This document shows positions 29,217-39,214 of a stretch of DNA of 64,000 bases, piece by piece. Numbering within the stretch: position 1 is the stretch's first letter; each line of letters begins with the position of its first letter. The notes under the pieces were generated by a model. The model made no database searches, had not been told where the DNA came from, and worked only from the letters and a program-made list of their open reading frames with translations. Both the position numbers and the translations under genes were made by a program. Origin of the DNA: Arenicellales bacterium (GTDB lineage: Bacteria > Pseudomonadota > Gammaproteobacteria > Arenicellales > JAJDZL01); assembly GCA_965205205.1 (NCBI GenBank), contig CBDBFX010000002.1, forward strand, positions 1,373,506 to 1,437,505. Reading direction: 5' to 3'.

Positions 29217-29420
29217 GGTCTGACAGATTCAGACCGGAACTGACAAGGCCCGACGCATCAGCTCCTTTCCGTCCTCCAATCGCCGCATCTGACCGACCGT
29301 TTTCTCAATCCCAGCGATGAGGTTCCGCCGACCCACGAAATGGAGTGCCTCTTCCCTGTCGGAGCACTCTGAAAACTCCACCAGACTCTTTTGCTTTTCC
29401 TCATCCTGTATGGCTTCCAT
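29217..29420 (-). pseudogene. ATPase 5' stub (first ~65 codons, frameshifted)
   Basis: MEAIQDEEKQKSLVEFSECSDREEALHFVGRRNLIAGIEKTVGQMRRL is homologous to the N-terminus of 13927..15234. Homology stops at the palindrome GGTCTGACAGATTCAGACC (29217-29235), where it is fused to the IS1634-B relic. Confidence 0.8.
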
Positions 29421-29525
29421 GATGCATCGGGTCAGTTGCATCGACTGCATTGACCGGCACAAAGCGACCGTCGAAACCTGACTGCGGTTCTGGTTTTCTC
29501 AGGCCTGCTGGCGGCCCCGGCCGCG

Positions 29526-30893
29526 GTGTTCGCGGAAGCGTCCTGGTACGGCTCGCTGCGCGGCGGCGTCCTGCTCGACAAGGGCAAAGATGCCAGGTTC
29601 TACGACGGCTACTCGCGCTGGGGCATCAAAGGCTCGAACGAGATATCGGAAGGGCTGTCCGCAGTCTACCGCTTCGAGCACAAGTTCAGCACCGAGGACG
29701 CCGGCCAGGCCGGCGGCCGGCTGGCCTACGTGGGCCTGTCCGGTGGTTTTGGCTCGCTGACGCTGGGACAGATCTGGAGCGCCAGCTACAACCACGCCGG
29801 CGTCATCCGCGACATCGGCAATTATTACAGCAGTGGCGACACCAGTGGCCGGATCGGCAACACCCTGTCCTACGCCTATTCGAACGACGCCTTCAGCGTG
29901 CAGTTCGACGCCATCATGGACGGTAAGAAGGACTCCGGCAACGCCATCGATCAGTGGGAACTCGGGGCGACGGTGAACATCGGCGATATCGGCAAAGTCG
30001 CCTTCGCCCATGTGAAGAAGGAAGACGTCAAAACGGGCAATAAAATGGTGAGGGTGACCAAGTGGTCCGGCGGCGGCCAGTGGCTCTACAGCCCGAAACT
30101 ATGGTCGAAAAACGCGGAAAGCACCTGGTCCATCAGTAAAAAAGGAACGGACAACACTCTAACTGCTGGTACTGGCGAGTTTCAGGAAGAATTTGAAAAA
30201 GGAAAGGAGATGAGAGTCGTTGTTCAACCAATAACCGTTTATGTCAAGCTGCCAAACACCAATTATGACGCGGATAAAAAACAATTGAAAGATGCGGTGG
30301 CGGGTACCCTTCATGGCCATCCCAGTTTTCAACGAATCACAGGAAGTGGTGGTGATTCGAATGTCAAACTTAATCCCAAGGTTTCTTTTCGGTATGGTGC
30401 TGCGTGTGATCCCACCACCCCACCAAGAGACGAGACTAAATGTGTAAAGACTACCGCCTATCAGGCTGAATTGAAACATAATGCAATAGTCGACAACGGC
30501 GTATTCTTTTTCGCTCCCGGTCATGTTGAGGATGAGATGGACTATGGCGAGAAGTCAAGCCACGTGTCGGCATCGTTTGACCTCGGTGCGGTGACCCTGG
30601 GTCTGGGCCATTCGACGACGAAGTTCATGGATCCGATGAAGACGAAGAAGGCGAAGACGAACTACATCGGCGTCAACGGTGCCATTGGCGACACCGGGCT
30701 GGACTGGCGGGCCTGGTATCGGACCAAGGAGGAGGTGAAGGACAACAACATGACGGTGAAGTCGAAGCCCTGGGGCATCGGTTTGGGCAAGAAACTCGGC
30801 GGTGGCGCTTTGGCCTATGTCGAGCATTGGAACGATGGCGCGAAAGGCGCAAAGAAATCCGGCACGGTGGTCGGCCTGCGCGTCGATTTCTAG
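29526..30893 (+). CDS. porin P2 (general bacterial porin type, type-I central insert); start unresolved
   Basis: EASWYGSLRGGV...RWGIKGSNEISEGL...YVGL.GGFG.LTLGQ N-block and C-terminal ...GGGALAYVEHWNDG...TVVGLRVDF (terminal F). Track coordinates use GTG 29526. The signal-peptide codons (LTAVLVFSGLLAAPAAVFA) lie in frame upstream, behind a TGA at 29451-29453. Confidence 0.75.
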   Translation: MFAEASWYGSLRGGVLLDKGKDARFYDGYSRWGIKGSNEISEGLSAVYRFEHKFSTEDAGQAGGRLAYVGLSGGFGSLTLGQIWSASYNHAGVIRDIGNYYSSGDTSGRIGNTLSYAYSNDAFSVQFDAIMDGKKDSGNAIDQWELGATVNIGDIGKVAFAHVKKEDVKTGNKMVRVTKWSGGGQWLYSPKLWSKNAESTWSISKKGTDNTLTAGTGEFQEEFEKGKEMRVVVQPITVYVKLPNTNYDADKKQLKDAVAGTLHGHPSFQRITGSGGDSNVKLNPKVSFRYGAACDPTTPPRDETKCVKTTAYQAELKHNAIVDNGVFFFAPGHVEDEMDYGEKSSHVSASFDLGAVTLGLGHSTTKFMDPMKTKKAKTNYIGVNGAIGDTGLDWRAWYRTKEEVKDNNMTVKSKPWGIGLGKKLGGGALAYVEHWNDGAKGAKKSGTVVGLRVDF

Positions 30894-30922
30894 CGACCGG
30901 CTCTTTCACATTGGGAGAATGG

Positions 30923-30950
30923 AACGGGGTGCGAAAGCACCCCGTTTCGT
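30923..30950 (+). terminator. hairpin terminator after P2
   Basis: AACGGGGTGC-GAAA-GCACCCCGTT followed by TCGT. The same stem recurs after all four porins. Confidence 0.6.
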
Positions 30951-31142
30951 CGTACCATGGATTTGAAGATCATCTGAGACGGGGTGCGGTTTCAAGCCGC
31001 AGCCCTGAAACATACCGGCGGCTCAATCCACCTCAGACCGGTTCGGAGACGTTGCAAAGTGATCTTCTGCCAACATCGCCGAACAAGGTACCGGGCGGTG
31101 AATCTCAGATTTCTGTCTTTCATCCGCGTTTCAGGCGGAACC

Positions 31143-31171
31143 AAAAAAACGGGGTGCAATAGCACCCCGTT
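31143..31171 (-). terminator. rho-independent terminator after P3
   Basis: On the minus strand: ACGGGGTGC-TATT-GCACCCCGT followed by TTTTTTT. Confidence 0.8.
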
Positions 31172-31198
31172 CCATTCTCATCAATGTGAACTCGGTCG

Positions 31199-31976
31199 CT
31201 AGAAACTCACGCCCAGTCCGACCACCGTGCCACTGGATTTCTTTGCTCCTTTCACACCGTCATTCCAATGCTCGACATAAGCCCAGGCGCCACCGCCCAG
31301 ATCCTTGCCCAACCCGATGCCCCAGGGCTTCGTCTTCGTGCCGTCGGCATGCTCCTTGGTCCGATACCAGGCCCGCCAGTCCAGCCCGGTGTCGTCAATG
31401 CCACCGTTAACGCCGATGTAATTCGTCTTCGTCTTCATGGCTCCCGCCTTGTTCGACTTCATCGTCGAATGACCCAGTCCCAAGGTGACCGCACCGATTT
31501 CAAACGATGCCGATATGTGATTCGACTTGCTGCCCGGCTCGCTGATAACTCTTTTGGTGACTGATTGCGTGCTGGCCGGTGTCAAGACTTGACTCGGCAA
31601 ATAGTAGAACGCCTGTATCTCGTCACTAACCTTTTTTGCGCCGGCCGATGTTCCCCCTGGAGTTTCGGTCGTGCCGAAATGTGCATAGGCGTCTATTTTC
31701 ACACACGCATCGGAAATACCATCATCAGTGTTTTTTTTGTCTATACATTCATATTTACCACTAGCCTTTTCGGTCTCAATAACGAACCAATAACTGTCGG
31801 GGTCGCCAACGGGATGATTGCCTTTACGAAGGGCCGTTATTTGAAGGTTGTATAGAGTGATTTGCTGAGTGTCCTTGCTGAGATCTGGAGCGTCAAAAGC
31901 CCCGCCTTTCTTCACATAGACCTTGATTTTCTTGACCTCTCTGAATTCAACAGCACCGGTGTTAGCAACAACTAGA
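31199..31976 (-). pseudogene. porin P3, 3' part (type-II central insert + C-block)
   Basis: ...ITALRKGNHPVGDPDSYWF...SKSNHISASFEIGAVTLGLGHST...AYVEHWNDG...VVGLGVSF. Separated from its 5' part by IS-C copy 4. Confidence 0.85.
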
Positions 31977-33476
31977 TAATTAGTGTCTGCAAGAAAACTC
32001 GAAAAAGTGAGATAATTATCTGATATCATGTGAATAATATCGTATAATTGTGAACGAAGAATTGGCCTTTTGCCCTGAAAAAGGGGCGATTTCAGCCGAT
32101 TCGCCGACTTTTCACCCAATCTTCGCCAGGCAGACAGGCAATGAGAAACATCATCAACCCGAATCACGAACTGGGCGGCATTGACATCACGGCCATTGAG
32201 ATCGACCACCACTCGAGAGACGACATGCCGGCGGTGCTGCTGGGCCTGCAGACGCTGTATCGCGACCCGCAGGTGAGAGAGCGGCTGTTCGCGCGGCTGG
32301 AGACGGAGGCGCTGCCGGGGGTGGACCTGAACAACGGTCGCCCGGGCATGGCGCTGTGGCCGGGACTGGTGATGGCGGTGGTCAAGCAGGCGTTGAACTG
32401 CGATTTCGATCGCCTGCATGATCAGGTGCGAAACCATGTGGACCTGCAGCGGATGATGGGTCATGGTTCATTGATGAAGCCGCCGTACACGCTGCAGCAG
32501 GTGGTGGACAATGTGAATCTGTTCAGTGCGGAACTGCTGGACAAGGTGTCGGCGCTGGTGGTGGAGGCGGCGCACCGGCGTGCGGGTCATCAGCCGGGCG
32601 AGGCGTTGAAAGGACGCTGCGATTCATTCGTGGCGCAGACGGACGTGCATTATCCGACCGACACCTCACAAGGGCCCACACTTGATTCTCAGAACATAAT
32701 GTGATAAAACAGGGCCTACCATGAAAGTAGGCCTGCATCAGTTTCACGCCCAGACCATCGACTGGTTTCAGAAGGCGGTGTCGACGCCGGGTGTGTCGCG
32801 CAACGCCCTGGCCCGCGGGCTGTGCGAGCGCGACGAGTGGACCGGTCCGACGGGTGAGTTGTGTGTGGCGGCGGCCCGCAAGGCGCTGCCGGTGCTGGCT
32901 GGGCGGCTGGGCGTGGCATTGCCGGCGCCGCACCCGGCATTCGGTTCGGGCGGCCGTGAGGCGCCGCCTGAGGCGGCTTATCCGGACCGCGCGCTGCGTG
33001 GCCCGCTGTCAGCGCTGGGTGAGGTGACGGTCGAGCCGGTGTCGGGCGATGAGGAACGGCGGCTGTGGGAGTCGATGATGCGCACGCATCATCCGCAGGG
33101 CTGGGCTCAGGCGCCGGGTGGCCAGCTGCGCTACTGGGTGTGTTCTTCGCGCTACGGTCGTCTGGGCGGGCTGAACTTCTGTGCGGCGAGCTGGCACCAG
33201 CAGGTGCGCGATGCGTTCATCGGCTGGTCGGGTGAGGCGCGGGTGTCGAATCTGAGTCGGGTGCTGAACAACCAGCGGCTGCTGATTCTGCCGGGGGTGC
33301 GGGTTCACGGTCTGGCCTCTCGGGTGCTGGAGCTGGCGTGTGCGCAGGTGGTTGAGGACTGGGAGGCGAAATACAATGTACGACCGGTGCTGGCGTACAC
33401 GTATGTGGCGCCCGAGCATCCGGGGACCAGCTACCGGGCGGCGGGTTGGCAGTGCGGTGCGGGCGGCACCTCGGGT

Positions 33477-35826
33477 CTCACAACATCCCACAGTTGAATC
33501 TATTCATTCTGGATCATGCCTCGCCTTCTGAGCGAGCGATAGGTAAAGACCGCCTCCCGCAGCAGCACATATCCCTGCCACAGTTTCATGACGCCCGGCA
33601 GCGGCTGACTGCGGCGCGGATGAAAACCCGCCAGCCGCGCCACATCGACGACGAAACTGCGGATGTCTGGCGCCTCGCCCGGTGGCGGCTGCGGCCGGCG
33701 GATGCCATAATCGTCCAGTCGGGTGTTCAGCACCAGCAGGTCATCTTCACTCACCACCTCGTCGGCCGGCGTCTGCGGGCGGTCGCGCGCCATCCGATCG
33801 AGGCTGAACACCTCACAGGCGGTGATGGCATCGAACGTCAGGCACTTGCGCAGGTCATCGGCATGGTCCAGCTGCCGCGCCTCTATGCCGGCGCCAGTCT
33901 TCAGGGTGCGGAAGTACTCCTCAATGGTCCAGCGCAGCTCATAGTGCCGCAGGGCGGTGCTGGCGCCGTCGGCATCGGCCTGCCCCTCGGTGGTCAGCAG
34001 CAGCCAGTGCAGCGGCTGCTCACCGGCCGGCGGGTCCGCTTCAATCGCACTGACCGCCAGCATCTCAATCGGCGCCGTATCCGCCCCCGAGGGCGGTCGC
34101 CGCGGTGGCGCCAGCCGCACCCGCGCCGCCCGCAACGCCAGCCGCACCTCGCGCCCCGCACGCTTCCGGCCACCCCCGCAGGCCACCACCTGCACGGTCT
34201 TCTCCGCCAGCGACGGCAACCTCTCCATGTGCGCCCACAGACACTCGCGCTTCCCGCCTGCCAACAGCACCTCGCGGCGACTCCCGCGCCGCACCCGAAC
34301 CAGCAGCCCGGCCGACTGCGCGCGCGCCTGATCCAGCAGCCCCCACAGGTCGCCCTCCCGATCGCATACCGTCACCACCCGCGTCCGCGCACAGGCCCGC
34401 TCCAGCTCACAGGCCCGTGCCAGACCTTCGCCCCAGCGCTCGCTTTCCAGCTCCAGCCGATCCGCATAGTCCGCATCCAGCGCATACACCCCCAGCGGTC
34501 GCCCCGCCTCGTTCACCGCCAGACCCACATGCGCCTTCAGACCCTGCACGCCCGACCCACCGCCACCAATGTTCACCAGCCCCGCCGTCGCCGGCCGACT
34601 CGCATAGTTCAGCGCCGTCGTGTCCTGCAGCGCCAGCACCACCGGCTCCAGCCGACAGCGATCCACCATCGCCGCCCAGTGCGGCTCCAAGATGTGTTCC
34701 ATTGTCACTCGCTCATTTGACAACAGCCGGTAAGCCGCACGCAAGTCCGCCCGCCGGGGAAAGATCTGCGGCAGCGATGCCCCCGGCCGCTCCAGCCACG
34801 CCCGACCCATGCGCAAGATCCGCGCGCACACCCGACCGTCCGGATGCCGGCTGCGGCCATATTCCACAACCGCCCAATCCGTCTTCTCATCCATGTGCAG
34901 CGCCGGCGCCGCCTGAATCTGCCGCACCGGCTCGGCGCACAGCACCGTCCGCCAGCCGCGCACCAGCGGTTTCAGCCACACTGCCCGCACCACCGTGCCA
35001 CCACTCGGCGAGCGACCCGAGGTGCCGCCCGCACCGCACTGCCAACCCGCCGCCCGGTAGCTGGTCCCCGGATGCTCGGGCGCCACATACGTGTACGCCA
35101 GCACCGGTCGTACATTGTATTTCGCCTCCCAGTCCTCAACCACCTGCGCACACGCCAGCTCCAGCACCCGAGAGGCCAGACCGTGAACCCGCACCCCCGG
35201 CAGAATCAGCAGCCGCTGGTTGTTCAGCACCCGACTCAGATTCGACACCCGCGCCTCACCCGACCAGCCGATGAACGCATCGCGCACCTGCTGGTGCCAG
35301 CTCGCCGCACAGAAGTTCAGCCCGCCCAGACGACCGTAGCGCGAAGAACACACCCAGTAGCGCAGCTGGCCACCCGGCGCCTGAGCCCAGCCCTGCGGAT
35401 GATGCGTGCGCATCATCGACTCCCACAGCCGCCGTTCCTCATCGCCCGACACCGGCTCGACCGTCACCTCACCCAGCGCTGACAGCGGGCCACGCAGCGC
35501 GCGGTCCGGATAAGCCGCCTCAGGCGGCGCCTCACGGCCGCCCGAACCGAATGCCGGGTGCGGCGCCGGCAATGCCACGCCCAGCCGCCCAGCCAGCACC
35601 GGCAGCGCCTTGCGGGCCGCCGCCACACACAACTCACCCGTCGGACCGGTCCACTCGTCGCGCTCGCACAGCCCGCGGGCCAGGGCGTTGCGCGACACAC
35701 CCGGCGTCGACACCGCCTTCTGAAACCAGTCGATGGTCTGGGCGTGAAACTGATGCAGGCCTACTTTCATGGTAGGCCCTGTTTTATCACATTATGTTCT
35801 GAGAATCAAGTGTGGGCCCTTGTGAG
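33477..35826 (-). mobile_element. IS-B inner copy (2350 bp, intact)
   Basis: Same ends in inverted orientation. 9-bp TSD ACCTCGGGT (33468-33476 and 35827-35835) inside the outer copy's transposase gene. Confidence 0.9.
33500..35770 (-). CDS. IS-B transposase (756 aa): DUF4338-like N-domain + Tn5-type DDE domain
   Basis: YRLLSNERV, LQDTTALNY, VCDREGDLW, YELRWTIEEYFRTLKTG. N-half: RDAFIGW..NLSRVLNNQRLLILPGVRVHGLAS..GTSYRAAGW. Confidence 0.85.
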   Translation of the reverse strand: MKVGLHQFHAQTIDWFQKAVSTPGVSRNALARGLCERDEWTGPTGELCVAAARKALPVLAGRLGVALPAPHPAFGSGGREAPPEAAYPDRALRGPLSALGEVTVEPVSGDEERRLWESMMRTHHPQGWAQAPGGQLRYWVCSSRYGRLGGLNFCAASWHQQVRDAFIGWSGEARVSNLSRVLNNQRLLILPGVRVHGLASRVLELACAQVVEDWEAKYNVRPVLAYTYVAPEHPGTSYRAAGWQCGAGGTSGRSPSGGTVVRAVWLKPLVRGWRTVLCAEPVRQIQAAPALHMDEKTDWAVVEYGRSRHPDGRVCARILRMGRAWLERPGASLPQIFPRRADLRAAYRLLSNERVTMEHILEPHWAAMVDRCRLEPVVLALQDTTALNYASRPATAGLVNIGGGGSGVQGLKAHVGLAVNEAGRPLGVYALDADYADRLELESERWGEGLARACELERACARTRVVTVCDREGDLWGLLDQARAQSAGLLVRVRRGSRREVLLAGGKRECLWAHMERLPSLAEKTVQVVACGGGRKRAGREVRLALRAARVRLAPPRRPPSGADTAPIEMLAVSAIEADPPAGEQPLHWLLLTTEGQADADGASTALRHYELRWTIEEYFRTLKTGAGIEARQLDHADDLRKCLTFDAITACEVFSLDRMARDRPQTPADEVVSEDDLLVLNTRLDDYGIRRPQPPPGEAPDIRSFVVDVARLAGFHPRRSQPLPGVMKLWQGYVLLREAVFTYRSLRRRGMIQNE

Positions 35827-38534
35827 ACCTCGGGTCGCTCGCCGAGTGGTGGCACGGTGGTGCGGGCAGTGTGGCTGAAACCGCTGGTGCGCGGCTGGCG
35901 GACGGTGCTGTGCGCCGAGCCGGTGCGGCAGATTCAGGCGGCGCCGGCGCTGCACATGGATGAGAAGACGGATTGGGCGGCTGTGGAATATGGCCGCAGC
36001 CGGCATCCGGACGGTCGGGTGTGCGCGCGGATCTTGCGCATGGGTCGGGCGTGGCTGGAGCGGCCGGGGGCATCGCTGCCGCAGATCTTTCCCCGGCGGG
36101 CGGACTTGCGTGCGGCTTACCGGCTGTTGTCAAATGAGCGAGTGACAATGGAACACATCTTGGAGCCGCACTGGGCGGCGATGGTGGATCGCTGTCGGCT
36201 GGAGCCGGTGGTGCTGGCGCTGCAGGACACGACGGCGCTGAACTATGCGAGTCGGCCGGCGACGGCGGGGCTGGTGAACATTGGTGGCGGTGGGTCGGGC
36301 GTGCAGGGTCTGAAGGCGCATGTGGGTCTGGCGGTGAACGAGGCGGGGCGACCGCTGGGGGTGTATGCGCTGGATGCGGACTATGCGGATCGGCTGGAGC
36401 TGGAAAGCGAGCGCTGGGGCGAAGGTCTGGCACGGGCCTGTGAGCTGGAGCGGGCCTGTGCGCGGACGCGGGTGGTGACGGTATGCGATCGGGAGGGCGA
36501 CCTGTGGGGGCTGCTGGATCAGGCGCGCGCGCAGTCGGCCGGGCTGCTGGTTCGGGTGCGGCGCGGGAGTCGCCGCGAGGTGCTGTTGGCAGGCGGGAAG
36601 CGCGAGTGTCTGTGGGCGCACATGGAGAGGTTGCCGTCGCTGGCGGAGAAGACCGTGCAGGTGGTGGCCTGCGGGGGTGGCCGGAAGCGTGCGGGGCGCG
36701 AGGTGCGGCTGGCGTTGCGGGCGGCGCGGGTGCGGCTGGCGCCACCGCGGCGACCGCCCTCGGGGGCGGATACGGCGCCGATTGAGATGCTGGCGGTCAG
36801 TGCGATTGAAGCGGACCCGCCGGCCGGTGAGCAGCCGCTGCACTGGCTGCTGCTGACCACCGAGGGGCAGGCCGATGCCGACGGCGCCAGCACCGCCCTG
36901 CGGCACTATGAGCTGCGCTGGACCATTGAGGAGTACTTCCGCACCCTGAAGACTGGCGCCGGCATAGAGGCGCGGCAGCTGGACCATGCCGATGACCTGC
37001 GCAAGTGCCTGACGTTCGATGCCATCACCGCCTGTGAGGTGTTCAGCCTCGATCGGATGGCGCGCGACCGCCCGCAGACGCCGGCCGACGAGGTGGTGAG
37101 TGAAGATGACCTGCTGGTGCTGAACACCCGACTGGACGATTATGGCATCCGCCGGCCGCAGCCGCCACCGGGCGAGGCGCCAGACATCCGCAGTTTCGTC
37201 GTCGATGTGGCGCGGCTGGCGGGTTTTCATCCGCGCCGCAGTCAGCCGCTGCCGGGCGTCATGAAACTGTGGCAGGGATATGTGCTGCTGCGGGAGGCGG
37301 TCTTTACCTATCGCTCGCTCAGAAGGCGAGGCATGATCCAGAATGAATAGATTCAACTGTGGGATGTTGTGAGGACCGACACCGGGCTGCTGAATGATGC
37401 GGCGCGCCGGCTGCTGGGTCTGATGCATCAGGCGCAGGCGTGTCATCAGGTGTCCGGGTGGCGGCAGTACCGACATCTGCAGCGAAAGCTGCGCGGTCTG
37501 TACAACGGCATCCGCCAGGCGAAGCAGGCGAAGGCGGACCCGGCGGCTTTGAAAGAATATCTGAGTTGGTGCGACGGGGTGGTGTCACGGGTCTGCGAGA
37601 CGCGGGATCAGCTGATGCGGCAGGGGGTGTCGGGTGCGCTGCTGGACGAGGTGGTCACGTTCCTCGGCTACGCCGAGAAGCTGTCGGCTCAGGTGGTGCG
37701 GCGATTGCTGCGCGGCGAGCAGATTGTGCACTCGGAGAAGATCTTTTCGGTGTTCGAGCCGCACACTCGGTGGATCGTCAAGGGCAAAGCGGGGGTGGCG
37801 GTGGAGTTGGGGGTGCCGGTGTGCATCGTCGAAGATCAGCATCAGCTGATCCTGTGTCAGAAGGTGATGTGGGAGGGCGGTGATGTGGACCATGCGGTGC
37901 CGGTGATCAAGGAGACGCTGCGGCGTCATCCGCAGTTGGAGAAGTGCAGTTTCGACCGCGGCTTTCACAGTCCGGCGGTGCAGCGGCAGTTGCAGGAGCT
38001 GCTGACTTACTGCGTGCTGCCGGTCAAGGGACGGCGCTCGCAGGCGGTGCGGGAGCGGGAGGGGCAGGCGTGGTTCCGCGAGGCGCGTCGTCAGCATCCG
38101 GCGGTGGAGTCGGCGATCAACAGTCTGCGGCATCGGGGTCTGGTGCGGGTGCGCAGTCATGGTGCGGCGGGCTTTGCGCGCACGGTGGCGCTGTCGGTGC
38201 TGGCTTACAACGTGCATCGGTATGGGGTGATGGTGCGCGACGAGTTGCGGGAGCGGGAGCGGCGGAAGCGGGCCGCCTGACGGCGGCGGTTGGTCAAAAG
38301 GGGTGTTGAACCGGTCCCGCCAGGGGACTGGATGGAGACCTATGGGCCGAATTCGGCATTCGCCGCCCGACTGACGGAAAAAGCGTGCCAATCGGCGCAA
38401 AACGGCCGAATGTTCAGAAATCTTCTCTCCCCGAACCCTCAGCCATCCATTTTCTTCTCGTTTCGAGGCTTCATAAAATCAACATCGCCGGACATTTCAT
38501 GCGAAAATGGGGGTTTTCTGGCAGACACTAATTA

Positions 38535-39199
38535 TTAAGTGAACCTATTCCGACTTTGGGTGGTGTCATCGTGACCGTCGTCTGATTTTCCATCTGATCT
38601 TCCATACTCACATGGGCGAAAGCGACTTTGCCGATGTCGCCGATGTTGACCGTTGCCCCGAGTTCCCACTGATCGACGGCCTTGCCGGTGTCTTTCCCGC
38701 CTTCCATGATGGCATCGAACTGCACGCTGAAAACGTCGTTCGAATAGGCGTAGGACAGCGCGTTGCCAATCCGGAAGCTGGTGTCCGAATCGCTGTAATA
38801 ATTGCCGATGTCGCGGATGACGCCGGCGTGGTTGTAACTGGCGCTCCAGATCTGTCCCAGCGTCAGCTTGCCGAAACCGCCGTCCAGGCCCACGTAGGCC
38901 AGCCGGCCTTTGGTCGCTTTCCTGGCCAGACCGGCATCCGTGGTGCTGATGGCGTGCTCGAAGCGGTAGACTGCGGACAGGCCTTCCGAGATCTCGTTCG
39001 AGCCCTTGATGCCCCAGCGCGAGTAGCCGTCGTAGAACTCGGCGTCCTCGCCCTTTTTCAGCTCGACGCCGCCGCGCAGCGAGCCGTACCAGGACGCTTC
39101 CGCGAACACCGCGGCCGGCGCCGCCAGCAGGCCTGAGAAAACCAGAACCGCAGTCAGGTTTTGACGGTCGCTTTGTACAGGTGAATTCAACTGATGCAA
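38535..39199 (-). pseudogene. porin P3, 5' part (the only copy with an in-frame start and open leader)
   Basis: TTG start at 39199, then HQLNSPVQSDRQNLTAVLVFSGLLAAPAAVFA/EASWYG... through KVAFAHVSMED and the start of the type-II insert. Ends at the IS-C TSD. Confidence 0.85.
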
Positions 39200-39214
39200 C
39201 TGAACTGGTGCATC

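Larger units (their letters stand above)
32665..37373 (+). mobile_element. IS-B outer copy (2350 bp of own sequence), interrupted by a second IS-B
   Basis: Ends CTCACAAGGGCCCACACTTGA (32665) and the reverse complement of CTCACAACATCCCACAGTTGA (ending 37373). 9-bp TSD GACCGACAC (32656-32664 and 37374-37382). Transposase halves at 32721..33476 and 35836..37350. Confidence 0.9.
31983..38528 (+). mobile_element. IS-C copy 4 (1828 bp of own sequence), carrying nested IS-B within IS-B
   Basis: Same termini. 6-bp TSD TAATTA (31977-31982 and 38529-38534). Its transposase is split into 32141..32664 and 37374..38280. Confidence 0.9.

Noticed and set aside
29217-29235. The 19-bp palindrome GGTCTGA-N5-TCAGACC as a site-specific recombination site that truncates the ATPase gene.
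   Set aside because: The three matching truncations share the identical downstream IS1634 junction, so they descend from one event. The fourth stub (39215..39435) ends elsewhere. There is no evidence for repeated cleavage at the palindrome.
31199-32464. 421-aa ORF, and similar ORFs (27128..27853, 16975..17484), that fuse host or IS sequence with the antisense IS-C leader.
   Set aside because: These are read-through across insertion junctions. Only the porin part (31199..31976) is genuine coding sequence.
33446-37476. 424-aa, 389-aa, 448-aa and 317-aa ORFs antisense to or out of frame with the IS-B transposases.
   Set aside because: Same reasoning as for IS-A: these are shadow ORFs of very GC-rich DNA, and several cross IS junctions.
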